Positions 13,567-25,759 of a stretch of 64,000 nt of DNA are shown piece after piece. Location: the NCBI GenBank assembly GCA_963514005.1, contig OY740810.1, forward strand, positions 23,684,001-23,748,000. Direction: 5' to 3'. A program made the translations under genes and the position numbers. A model generated the notes under the pieces. That model made no database searches. It was not told the DNA's origin and saw only the letters and a list, made by a program, of their open reading frames with translations. Source of the stretch: Raja brachyura. Its lineage: Eukaryota. The stretch's first letter is position 1. Every line of letters begins with the position of its first letter.

Positions 13567-14976
13567 CTGAAAAGAAAGAAATCAAGTACAGTAATTTAAA
13601 ATAAAATGTTAAATTTATCAATTAGCTCCAAATTAAACAATACCTGTTACAACATCTTTCTCATCTACAGCTTCATGCTACACACCATTTTAAAAAAAAC
13701 GTCTGCATCTGGAAACTCAAATAAACCCCCAAAACCTCAATTTTTCACCTAAATTCAGGTGCCGCAGACAGTGTACTGTAAAACCAGAACGTTCTTACAA
13801 AGCAATTTGTCATAGAGGTGGTCAGCACAGAATATGGCCCTTCATCCCAACTTGTCCATGCCTGCCAATTTGCCTATCTCAGTTACCCTGTTCCCCAAAT
13901 ATTAAAAAAAAGTGACAAAAATAAATACATAGTTTTTTTTTTAGCTTGAAGCCAAAGCCCCCTGCCTTAACTGCAAGTCTTACAAGTATCACAATACCCC
14001 AATGATTCTCAAAGGTGGTCTTCAACATGTCATCACTAAAGTCTCTCCAAAAGTTAATTTTCCTGATTTAACACAGTGCTTCCTTAATAATCACAATGTA
14101 TGTAGCAGGAATGGTGATTGTAAATTCTAGTTAATCTATGTATTAAAACTATCAAATGATAACCAGTTATAATAAAATCAATCTGAAGACAGATTGGATC
14201 TCGTTTCCGAGCTCAAATACCTGTAAACTAGTAAGGTAAAACTCGTCAACCAGCTCCCCGATCTTATGAAGCAGATAATGTAGACAGGTTTAAGCCAAGT
14301 TAATCACTGTCAGAGGTAATACAGAGCAGATGTTCACAAACCTGTTGATGCTGACATTACAGAGAACCTAAGACACGCTCCATCATCCCTGTATTATGCG
14401 GGAGGGAGGCCACACTAGACAACCCCAGTAAACCGGGCAGCCTAACTAAATGCCACCTCCTCCCCCAGACAGTGAAGCAGCTACCTCACAGCTCCAGCGA
14501 CCCCGGTTCAATCTGACCTCGGATGCAGCCAACGTGGAGTTTACACGGTCTCCCTGTGACGCGTGGGTTTCCTCCAGGGTACTTCACATCCCAAAGATGT
14601 GCAGGTTTGGAGGTTAATTGGCTTCTGTGAGTCGCCCCGCGGGAGGATTTATGATAAGGTGAAGTGATGTCGTCAGGAAATGAACGCCTGGTGACGACTA
14701 AGCTTAGAACATGAAACACCTTCGCCTGCCTTGCTGATCCCCGGCCTGGGAGCTCGCAGCTCGGGGACCGGGGACAAACTCCCCCGAGTATTACCGAAGG
14801 CTCCGCGGGTCAGCGCGAACCACCCGAGCAGCAGCAGCTGCCCGCGGGCTCGGCTCGGCTCTCAAGGGAGCCCCGGGCGCTGACCTTCGCACCCCAGCCA
14901 TCGCTGCACCCTGGGCCCCAGCACCCCGGAAACAGCCGCAGGCCCCGCGCCCCATCCACCCGACCGCTTCCCCTAC

Positions 14977-15100
14977 CGATGGTGGAGATGAAGGTGGTGT
15001 TGAAAGCGTCCTCGGAGAAGCGGAAGAGGACGCAGGTTTTTCCGACGCCGCTGTCCCCGATCAGCAGCAGTTTGAAGAGATAGTCGTAGGTCTTCGCCAT
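14977..15100 (-). CDS. RAB8A: Rab8 GTPase coding exon 1 ([42 protein letters not shown])
   Basis: gccATGg Kozak start at 15100, P-loop GDSGVGKT, 124 nt, donor GTAGGG at 14976. Confidence 0.95.
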
Positions 15101-15549
15101 GGCCGCCTCCACCCGCCTCCCGCGCCCAGCTCCGCCGGAAGCCGCGGTCGCCGCGCTCTCATTGGCCCTCCGGTCATAGGGCCCGCCCCCCGCCGGCCGG
15201 AAGGGCCCTTCCTGCTCGCAGCCCATTGGCAGCTTCGGGTGTCAATCAGCGGGCTGGCCAGCTGCCGCATTCCCCTTCGGGTTGACAACTGTTTCCGGCC
15301 GGAGCGGTGTGGCGTCGGCCGACGGACCCCCCCGAGCCCCCTGGTCTGCCCACGGTCGGCAGGCATGTTGCGGGCTTCTCCCCGCTCCCGGCCACAGCCT
15401 TGACCAGACGCACGCTCCGCGCCCGGGGGGGGGAGGGGGTGTGAATGGGACGTGAGGGGGGTCTGGAGGACTGCCTTGGTCCTCCCAGAATGCGGACGCG
15501 ACACCTCTTGCCTCCCGCCGGCTCCTCCTTGTGTCCGACAGCCAGCCCG

Positions 15550-15612
15550 GAAGTGAGGTCACAGTGAGAGGAGCCCGGGCCGTGGCGGAGCGCGGGGGTG
15601 GGAGCGGGAGCG
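15550..15612 (+). other. Probable non-coding exon 1 of the Arkadia-like gene (5' end approximate)
   Basis: Consensus donor CG|GTGAGT at 15613, just downstream of an ETS site; the first coding exon is preceded by an acceptor at 16497-16498. Confidence 0.6.
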
Positions 15613-15900
15613 GTGAGTGTCGCCGCCGGGACTGGGACTGGGAACGGGTCTGGGACCGGGTGGGGGGCAGGCGGCAGCAGCCGTGCACGACCCCCGCACT
15701 CCATACTCCCGCTCCCCCAACCCGTGCCCCGCCCCTTCCTTCGCCCATTTCCCTCCCCAACCCCGTCTCATCTTCTCGATGACTGCCCCTTCCTTTTGCC
15801 CCTCCTGCCGATTCCTCCCCGACCCCATCTCATGTTGCTCCCTATCTCATCTTCCCTATGACTTCCCGCCTATTTCCTCCTCGTCTATCTCCCCCCCTTT

Positions 15901-16067
15901 CCCCCTCCGCCTATTCCACCCCTTTCCCCCTCCGCCTATTCCACCCCTTTCCCCCTCCGCCTATTCCACCCCTTTCCCCCTCCGCCTATTCCACCCCTTT
16001 CCCCCTCCGCCTATTCCACCCCTTTCCCCCTCCGCCTATTCCACCCCTTTCCCCCTCCGCCTATTCC
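15901..16067. repeat. 25-bp minisatellite (CCCCCTCCGCCTATTCCACCCCTTT) x ~6.7
   Basis: Exact 25-bp period read directly. Confidence 0.95.
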
Positions 16068-16527
16068 CAGGTGCAAATACCCAGCTCCCTGGAAGTGGCA
16101 ACACAAGTGGATAAGGTGGTAAAGAAGGTTGGGTTCAGTGGTCGGGGTATTGAGTACAAACTTGGCAAATATGTTGTTACTGTGAAAAATTACTTTGGTT
16201 AGGCCTCTTTTGGAGTATTGTGTGCAGTTCTGGTCGAATTGGTAGAAGTGTCACAATGACAAGATGGGAAGGTTTTAAAGGTATATGGGCCAAACACAGA
16301 CAAATTGTACTTGTCCGGGTAGGCAACTTGGTCATGTTGGGAAAAAGTGTCTGTTTCAATGTTGCATAGCTCTAACGGCAAGATTGGATGTAAATCTAAA
16401 ACTGGAGAAATTGCACGGGAAAGGATGCAGTCAATTGCATTTGAATTACAGATACTTTTGTGCTATAGAATGTTTTTTATGCATATTTTGCCCTATAGGT
16501 TTCTTTAACATTGGTGTCGCGTTGACA

Positions 16528-16928
16528 ATGGAACCAACAGCAGAATTGCCAGAGATTCCCCTTGCTTCCAGCACAGAGCAAGAACTCAAGGGAACAACAC
16601 CACCAGCTGGCTTGGATGGTTCTTGCCCTTTGCCATTTAATGGTATTATTCAAGACAGCAACCAGGTGCCTTTGAGTCCAGAGGTGAAAGAACAGCAGCC
16701 TGTCCAATGGATGGAGTGTCTGAACCCTGAACACTCCAGCTTCTCAAAGGAACTCAAACTTGCTTTGCAAACTGACAGGCACCTTGTACGAAGTTATACT
16801 TACACAAGCGACGACTCTTCCAGTGCGGGTGAGACATCGCCATCTTCCAGCATCAACCTAGCCGAATCTGATGAACTTCTATCAGAGAAGAATGAGGGGA
16901 GAATGATGATGTGGACGGGAACTGACAG
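16528..16928 (+). CDS. Arkadia-family E3 ligase coding exon 1 (MEPTAELPE...SPSSSINLAESD...WTGTD)
   Basis: Acceptor TATAG at 16498, acaATGg Kozak, SPSSS-x-x-L/F-x-x-SD motif shared with RNF111/ARK2N N-termini, donor AG|GTAGG (phase 2). Confidence 0.8.
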
Positions 16929-17635
16929 GTAGGAGCAACAAGCTTAACAAACAATCTGATTGAAAGGAGAGAACTGGAGAATAATATTGGTTAAACACCA
17001 ATTGGTTGGTTGGAAGAATAAGCAGGTATAATATTTTTAATCACACAGGTATCACCTGATAATGTTTTCCTCCACTTGCTCATGGCCATTCAAAACACTA
17101 CGCAGCACTATTTATTCAAATGATCTGCTTGCAAAGAAATACATATGCTGGTACAACTTCCGGTTCTGAGCCCCATTTGGATTTGCCTAAATCAGTTGTT
17201 AGGTCAGGTGAACAATTTTTATTCAACCACGTAATGGATCATAAGGTCATAAGTGATAGGAACATAATTAGGCTATTTGGCCCATCAAGTCTACTCCAAC
17301 ATTCAACCATGGCTGGTCTATCTCTCCCTCCTAACCCCATTCTCTTGCCTTCTCCCCATAACCCCAGACACCCGTTAGGACATTAGAATGGACATAAAAT
17401 GCTGGAGTAACTCAGCGGGTCAGGCAACATCTCTGGAGTACCCCCTGAACACTTGGTGATATTAGTACCAACACATCAGGTGTGTAGTGATCTTTTTAGT
17501 GAAGGGAGAGTGCATAAATATGGATCCTTGCAGTCTTTGACCATTGCTTCTTGGCTTGTGTCTGTTACTGCAGGGAGGTTACAATCTAAGCCAACAAAAA
17601 TGAGCAGATTTAAAAAATAGCCTGGGCACTTCCAA

Positions 17636-18646
17636 GAAGAAAGCAAATGGCATGTTGGCCTTCATAACAAGAGGAGTTGAGTATAGGAGCAAAGAGGTCC
17701 TTCTGCAGTTGTACAGGGCCCTAGTGAGACCACACCTGGAGTATTGTGTGTAGTTTTGGTCCCCTAATTTGAGGAAGGACATTCTTGCTATTGAGGGAGT
17801 GCAGCGTAGATTTACAAGGTTAATTTCCGGGATGGCGGGACTGTCATATGCTGAGAGAATGGAGCGGCTGGGTTTGTATACTCTGGAATTTAGAAGGATG
17901 AGAAGATCTTGAAACATATATGGTTATTAAAGGTTTGGACACACTAGAGGCAGGAAACATGTTCCCGATGTTGGGGGAGTCCAGAACCATGGACCACTGT
18001 TTAAGGATAAGGGGTAAATGGGTTGTCCCACTGCGGCAACCTAATCCGCGAGTTAAGACGAGTGTCTTCGACCTTCAAGCTCGAGGGCACTCGTCTGGAA
18101 AACCTCAAGCTGGATCGACCGTCACCGTTGAAACCGCGAGCTGGATCGACCGAACGCGCATGCACATCGTGCAGGCGGGGGCCAGGGAAAGCGGGGGAGC
18201 GCTGTCTGAAATTCACACCCGCGTTGAAGGGGAAGATGAATGTACGGTAAGTCCTTTAGAGAGCGCGGGGGGGGGGGGAAGGAGAAGGAGTGGAGACACT
18301 TTTAAGAAGCTAGACAACATAATAAAGTTTAGCGAGCATTTAACCTACCGGTCGGTTTTCCTTGGTCCTGAAAACTGAAATGAGCCAATCAAAATGCCCG
18401 AAACACTTTTTCACACAGTTCTGAGTTCACACATTCTCTGCCTCAGAGGGCGGTGGAGGCCAGTTCCCTGCATACTTTCAAGAGAGAGCTGGGTAGGGCT
18501 CTTAAAGATAGTGGAGTCAGGGGATATGGGGAGAAGGCAGGAACTGGGTACTGATTGGGATGATCAGCCATGATCACATTGAATGGTGGTGCTGGCTCGA
18601 AGGGCCGAATGGCATGCTCCTGCACCTATTGTCTGTTGTGTCTATA
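17636..18646 (+). mobile_element. CR1 LINE fragment interrupted by the 18018-18400 insertion
   Basis: Near-identical to the 59978-60960 copy on both sides of the insertion. Confidence 0.9.
18018..18400. mobile_element. Truncated Harbinger-type non-autonomous element nested in a CR1
   Basis: Starts ATGGGTTGTCCCAC after a TAA of the CR1, CpG-rich, no matching right TIR; CR1 resumes at ~18401. Confidence 0.6.
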
Positions 18647-19699
18647 GTAAGAGGAACACCGCTATGTACTACATGCAATTAATATGCGTCACCATATGTG
18701 CTGTGGGTTCTGAATGGAGGAATTAGATACTGATACTTGTACTGGGGTTGTGCAGGTAGTTCTACTATAACATTGTTGGGTTCCTAAGAAACGTGTAATA
18801 GAAAATCGTGTCATAAAGACAATTGTATCTGTCAATGGGAAAAGGCTAGAAAGCTTCAGGTGTGCAATAAGTTATTTCTGTGGATTTTTGAAGTAGAGAT
18901 CTTTTTGAACAATTTCTTTACATTTGTTACTGGTGAAAATACTAATGACTCAATGTAACAGTATCAATACACAAGTGTCAATAGAAGCGATTGCTTGTCA
19001 ATTTCAATGGACATTTGTGAAACTGACAGGTTGTTCTTATGAGACAATAGTGTCTGCTACTGCAGGGAGGTTACAAGCTAAACCAACAAAAATGGGCAGA
19101 TTTAAGCCGAGTTAATCCCTGTTAAAAGAAATGCAGACTAGTTTTTAACATTATAATGCTGAAAAGGGAACTCTGTTGGGCATTGGCATTCTTTAGAGGC
19201 AACAGCGTCTGATTATTGTTGGGAGGTTACTTAAAAATATTCTTTCCCTTTTGACTGTCTTATAATTAAGACAGCATTTTTTTCTGCTTGACAAATTCCA
19301 AAATCAATTGTAAGTGGTTCTCTCGTTTCCAATAAATATAATGTTATAAACAAATAGGCCCGCATAAAACAACGTTTGCTAATTCATCAATCGCATTATA
19401 TGCAATTTGTTATGAAAGCCAATGTTAGCAGAACTACCTATATACATTTTTGTGAGTGTGAAAGTTCCAGTGGGGCAAAGTGTTTCTATAGTGTTCTTTC
19501 CTCTAGACTTGAATTTGATCAAATTAACTGTGACGTGTGCTGGCTGTGCCTTGTTGCCAGAAGTAGTGGACCTGGACTGCTTCCTAATTATGGTATCAAG
19601 ATGAAAACTATTTGCAATGTTGAGGATTGGTAGCAGGCCAAAAAATAGGAAATAGTGCATTAGAAAACATAAAAGGATGATGAAAAATAGGGTAGGTGG

Positions 19700-20240
19700 A
19701 GGTTAAACTTGGGATGCAACTATACAAGGCCAGTTAGACCACATTTGATGAAGTACTATGTGCAGTTCTGGTCGCTCAGCTAGAGAAAGGATGTCATTAA
19801 GTTGGAAAAGGCTTGTGTTGGAGGGAGAGATTAGATTGGGTGTGACTTTGTAGGAGGATGTGGAGTAACCTTATTGTGGTGTTAAAGATCACGAGCGCAT
19901 GAGTAAAATGGATGCTCGGTCTTTTTGCCAGGATAAAGAATTCTAAAATTAGAGGGACAAAGGCCTAAGGTGAGAGAGGAGAGATTTAAGAGAGACTTCA
20001 GGCAACATTTTCACTCAGATGCTAGTGTATCCAGAATGAACTGCCAGAGGAAGTTTAGGTAGAGGATAGAATTATGACTTTTAAAAGGCATTTGGGCAGA
20101 GATATGGATAAGAAGGGTTTGGAGGGCTATGGCCCAAACAAACGCAAAAGGGACTAGTCCAATCAACCAACTTGGTCAGCATGGACAAGGTGGGCCAAAG
20201 GGCCTGTCTCCGTGCTAGCCATTCTGTACAACTCTGACTC
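19700..20240 (+). mobile_element. Degenerate CR1 3' fragment (family sharing its 3' tail with the SINEs)
   Basis: gtgcagttctggtcgc, aaggtgagag..agatttaa, and gggccaaagggcctgt terminal motif. Confidence 0.75.
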
Positions 20241-22260
20241 AATATCTACGGTAGTTCTTATAGACAATAGGTGCCGGAGTAGACCATTCAGCCTTTCGAG
20301 CCAGCACTGCCATTCAATATGATCATGGCTGATCATCCCCAATCAGTACCCCGTTCCTCCCTTCTCCCCATATCCCCTGACTCCGCTATCTTTAAGAGCC
20401 CTGTCTAGCTCTTACAAGCACTTTATTTCTTGCAAATTGCTGCCATTCTTCTTTTTGTTTTTGTTATCACTGCTAGGTTACAGCATATTCCCTCCTGTCA
20501 GACTTGCTGTTCTTGCCAACATTATGAATCTGTTCGCTATGGCTACACCTTTTTTTGGGGGATCTTTGCATCTTTGTTTTAAAAATATTAGCCTTTGCTT
20601 CTTTTTACTTTTGAGTCCAGAAATAGGTCCTTCACCCAATTCATCCATGCTGATCAAATTGTCTAACCAAACTAATCCCGCTGGCCTGCACTTTGTCCAT
20701 GTCCCCCCAAATCTCCCCTATGCACGTACTTCTCCAAATGCTATAATCAAGGGATATGGGGGGGGGGGGGGGGGGGGAAAGCAGGAACAGGGTACTAATT
20801 TTGGATGGTTGGCCATGATCATATTGAATGGTGGTGCTGGCTCGAATGGCCTACTCCTGCACCTATTTTCTATGTTTTTATGTAATTATATCAACCACTA
20901 CCATTTCAAATGACAGTTTGTTGCATATACCAACTGCCCTCAGTGTAGAAAAATATTGCTCCTTGGATCCCTGTTAAATATTACCCTCTAACCTTTAACC
21001 TATCCCCTCTGGTTTTAGGTTCCCCTGGCCTGGGGTGAAGACTGACCACCTTATCTATGCCCCTCTTGATTTTATATACCTCTGTAACACCACTCTCAGC
21101 CTTTTGCACTACAAACGGATGAGTGGCCACAGCCCTTTTCCCAGGGTTGGGGAATCAAAAACAAGAGGACATGGGTTTTAGGTGAAATGGGGAAGTTTGA
21201 AAAGAGACCCGTAGGGCAACTTTTCACACAGTGGGTGGCGCGCAAATGGATAAAGCTGCCAGAGAAAGTGGGTACAATAACAATATTTAAAAATGCATTT
21301 GGACAGGTACATGGATTGGAATGGTTTGTAGGGATTTGGGTCAGACACGGACAAATGGGACCAGGTTAGATGGGCTTCTTGGTTAGCATGGACAAGTTGG
21401 GCTGAACAGTCAGTTTCTGTGCTGGGTGTGAGAAAAGGTCTAGTCTAACAAGTCCATCCTTACAACATAAGCCCTCCAGTTCTGGCATAGTCAACTTGCA
21501 TTTACATTTCATAAATTTTACGTTAGCCCAATATTTCAGGGGCAACTCTCATTGCAGGTTGTTGTACTTCGATTTAAGACATTGGTTTCAGTTTGAAGAA
21601 TATAAGATATTTGCAGCAATTTTTATCCTATCACTTTTCCCCTATGGCCTGTTAACTGCCAGGTTATTCTTTAATCATTTTCACTGACAGATCTAAAAAA
21701 CTTGTTCCATTATTGGTTCCTTGAACTAGTGAACCCAAAAGAAATTGTGCGCCTTAAATATGGAGCATAGAACACTACAGCACAGGAACAGACCCTTCGT
21801 CCAGACTTTCCATGATGCCAAGTTAGACTAATCTCTGCTTGTCTGTTATCTATGTCCCTCCATTCGCTGTATATCCATATGCATATCCAAAAGCCTCTTA
21901 AATGCCTTTCTTTCCCAGGGACCCTGATCATATCTGCCTCAACCTACACCCCTGGTAGCACGTTCCAAGCACCATCACTCTCTGTGTAAAAACAAAAACC
22001 TGAACATCTCCTTTAAATTTTCCCCTCTTGTCATCAATCGCTACCTTTTCGCCTTTGACATTTCCACCTGGACAAAAGGTTCTGACTGTCTACCCAATCG
22101 AGGCCCAATCATAATTTTATATACTACTATCCAGCCTCCCCTCAACTTGCCTTGGTTTATCATCCCCTCCCTGCTCTTTGGTTAATTTGCCATTGGACCT
22201 ATGTATGGGGTTTTGCATTGTGTAGATGACGATATGAAATAATTTGACTTTCTTTCCCAG

Positions 22261-22604
22261 GGACCCTGATGCCAGCCCACCCGAAAGGATTGGAGGGGAA
22301 CATCAGGAAAGCGTGGCTGGTGCTGCCTCATCATCCGGGGCCCAGGATGCCAAGAGCAGCCGGTCCAACGTTAAGGCGGTGAGCTCTTCCTCTCGAAAGC
22401 TGCCTCGCCTGAAGAAATGTCAGAGGACCCAGAAACAGAAGGACCAGATGCAGCGAATCCGTAGGTCGAGGGAGGTTGTGATCCGCAGGAAATGCACCCC
22501 TCAGTGGATCGGCAGCTCCAGCGATGGAGGCTCCAGCAGCAATTCCGAACTCGATGAGGTTATTACCTGTGACAACAACCAGGCCAACCATCAGGAACCT
22601 CTAG
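22261..22604 (+). CDS. Arkadia-like coding exon 2 (basic QRTQKQKDQMQRIRRSREVVIRRK plus serine-rich tract)
   Basis: Acceptor tttctttcccAG; resembles RNF111 QRTQKQKE..KKREVLARRK; donor G|GTACAG (phase 1). Confidence 0.85.
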
Positions 22605-25600
22605 GTACAGTACGGTAATCAAACAGAACAGGCTCTTCCCAGGGAATTACTGTACTAGAGTCTAGTGATGCTGGGAGGTTCAGAGAGCACTGTTCCTTCC
22701 TCTGCCTTCTCTTGTCCTGACCCTCCACTTTTTATGTAAAATACAATTGTTTTGTACGGATGGCAGTTACTATAATAAGAACTTGTTTGGACAAGTTAAA
22801 TAGATGAAAACACTTGAATGCTGATTATAAGCTATATATTCTGATGAAGCACATGAGATTTACATACAGATGAAGGTCTTTCAGGCACACAGCATGTTTC
22901 AGGGTGTAGGAAGGAACAGCAGGTGCTGGTTTACACTGTGCGGGTCAGGCAGCATCTCAGGAGAAAGGGCAGAGATGATGTTCAGAATCATCCATGCTGT
23001 TGGCTCTAAGTAAGAGCATGCATTCTCTGAGGTCCTGTACAGGTGGTTCATGAAGCTGGATTGATGACAGCATTTGTTTAGTTAAACACTTCAGTCACCG
23101 ATTAATGGAAGGATACAGGCCAAGGGCTGTGCGTTGGAAGGGTGCACACTGGTCAGCATGAATGAGATGTGCTGAACTACCTGTTTTCCTGCTGTTTAAT
23201 TCCGTGATTCATAAGAACAGCTGGCAAATGGGGATGTAACCACTCCACAATACTTGCCATCCTTGCTATGATAGCCCCTTGCTGGTCTCTGGATCACAAT
23301 GTTAGAATTCCCTATTTAAGAACACATTGCAAATGCCTCTTGGTGAGGTTTGCAGCAGGATGAGTTGGTGGTGGGTCAGCAGCATCTTCTCCACAGCAAT
23401 TGGAACAAGAATAACATTGTTCTGTGTAAGAAGGAACTGCAAATGCTAGTTTAAACCAAAGATAGGCACAAAAAAGCTGGAGGAACTCTGCGGTCTGAAA
23501 GTCTTGACCCGAAATGTCACCCATTCCTTCTCTCCAGAGATGCTGCCTGTCCCGCTGAGTTAGTCCAGCTTTTTATGACATATTGTGCTGTTGACCAAGT
23601 GCTACCTCTCCCTTTGGAATCCTTTTAAGGCATTCAGAACTTCCATTTATTATTTAATTATTGAAGTGTCCCAGGAAAAGTATTTGAGGTCATCCTCAAG
23701 CTTTCAGCAATGTGGTCTGTAAATGGCAACACATCTCTTATGGTATTATTGTAACCAGAGAGGACTATAATTGTGTTATCCCCTGCTCCCCGTTTAAACA
23801 AGAACAGAGTTCGAGCCTTGTTTCCTTTGGGATGGATTTTACCTGGAGATAAGCTTTTAAATAAGTCAGTTATTAATTTGTCCCCTTCATTATTTCCAAT
23901 TCTTCACATTCTTGCCTGCATTTTCCACTGTTATGTGAAGAGAAATGCTAAATATTCATTCTGAACTTTACTTGTGTTTGACCACGAACTTGGCCACTGT
24001 TTTCAAATGTTATTAACTTTACTTTTTGGAATTTGTAAAATGTGTTGAGGTTGACCCCATTTCTTTTAACGTGTTCTCCTTTTGCTTCTGCACTTTTCCA
24101 GAATTTTGTTTCAATGTTGAGATCTTGGTATCTGTCAGAAGCTTTCTTTTTTGTGCTTTTTATCCTCTTCCAGATAAGCTTAAACCCCAATCTAATTCAC
24201 AATCATAGGGTTTTTTTCATTAAATCTGCTTGCCTTTCCTGATATCCTTCCAAAATGCTTCACCTCACATTCCTCATCACAATAGATGTAACTTAGAAAT
24301 TTAATAAAAACTCTATCCTCTTTGTGTGTGCCAATCTTTCATTGTTAACAATTTTCATGTCTGAGTTCTCGATGCCAAAGTCCAAATTGCTGTTAATAGT
24401 GTCAAAATTTCCCTAATCTACACAATCCCATTTTCATCTGGCTATGTATTCTGTCCATGTTCTATTACATTTGGAAATCCAGAAAGGCTAAATATACCAA
24501 ATTATCACTTCAAATATATCCTTGTGTAACAAACATCACTTTCCTTTAACAAATCCACTGTACCTGATCAAGTGTTTTCCCAAGCCATATCCACTTTTGT
24601 TTTCAAAGATAAAGATATAGATAAACTTGGGAAATGCATTCCAATCTCTAAAATATCACTCTCCCCAGTTTCTTCTGAATCCAAGCACTGTTATAATGAG
24701 CCATTGAGAAACAGCTGCACTATTTGCAACAACGTCAGTCACTGAATGAGCTCATCTCAATGTGAGGAAGGGCAAGCGCAGATCCTCTTTAGAGACATCA
24801 TAGGAAAGATTGTAATCCAAGGGGCTAACAGCATCACATTTGATGTGACTGATGATTCCAGTGGAAACAGATTCACCCGTCTACCCCGTGCTCTAACTGA
24901 CATGTGTAGAACTCCCTAAACTATTCTCCGTCCCCTGTCACGGATGTGACTCCTCCACTTGCCACCCAAAAGAACAAAAAACACTAGAAGCATTTGCTTT
25001 GCCCCACTTCTCAGAACACGGGAGTACCTTTCATTCACCTGCACTTCCTGGATTAACCTCCGGGCAACATTAAGTGTCACCTGTAATCATTGCACCAGGG
25101 CCATTCAACATTCTTATCGAATTTCCAAACATCAGCAAGTTCTCGGGCTTGAAATGCTGCTACCTTGGTAACGGATATAATTAGCGATGTTACAAAATGC
25201 GAGTCTCATTCATTAATTATGCAGATAGTCAAACAAAAAAATTCGACCACCTGTTAGAATCCAGCAAGCAAATACTGACTGCCCATCAGATCAGAGAGAT
25301 GATTGTATGTTGTTAAGAAGCTTTATCAACTGTTCAGATCTGTCGCAAACCCAACAATCTTCTGATGTTATTTTAAGCCTTTGAAAGAAAATACTTTTCT
25401 AGATATGCTGTTTTTGCTTCATAACTGGTGCTGATGAGATGGCCCCTGACACTACAAGTGTGATTTATAAGGGAATGGAGCTAAATATGATGCCCTTCCA
25501 GATACAGTAAAGACATTCAAATTTACACAGGACCTTTGACACCTTTGTACAAAATGCTGTACAATCTTATGTACTTTGGTCACCTATTAAATAATTACTT

Positions 25601-25759
25601 ATTGTTATGTGGGAAACAACAGCCAGCTTGTACAAACAAGTATTCTCAGATGGACTGCATTCATGACACCAAAGTTGATTAACCCTTCTCTTCTTCAAAA
25701 TAGTGCCACGGCTTTTTATGCCCACCCGACGCCCGAGAAACTCTGCACCCTCAGTGCTG

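Larger units (their letters stand above)
14740..15800. promoter_or_regulatory. CpG island / bidirectional promoter shared by RAB8A (-) and the Arkadia-like gene (+)
   Basis: Sharp GC and CpG enrichment; ETS-type CCGGAAG at 15135 and 15197, CCGGAAGTG at 15547-15555; CCAAT boxes on the minus strand at 15161 and 15225; GC boxes; no TATA box seen. Confidence 0.85.

Noticed and set aside
538-15100. Assignment of the Rab gene as RAB8B
   Set aside because: FNTTF, GKKIK and IKNW resemble human RAB8B, but TCVLF, ADVEK, CDVN and FMETSAKANINVEN are RAB8A-type; a phylogeny would settle it
14810-16202. Many overlapping long ORFs around the CpG island and minisatellite
   Set aside because: Explained by stop-codon scarcity in GC-rich and repeat sequence; only the RAB8A exon 1 part has recognisable motifs
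16285-16527. N-terminal extension of ORF 16285..16932
   Set aside because: Begins in a CR1 remnant and crosses a clear acceptor at 16498; the ATG at 16528 has a strong Kozak context
22605-22620. Alternative donor GTAATC at 22615
   Set aside because: Phase 2 is incompatible with the SIM1/SIM2 exon
24849-24875. CTGATGA...GAAA hammerhead-like motif
   Set aside because: No stem II can form without consuming the GAAA box, and no credible stems I or III
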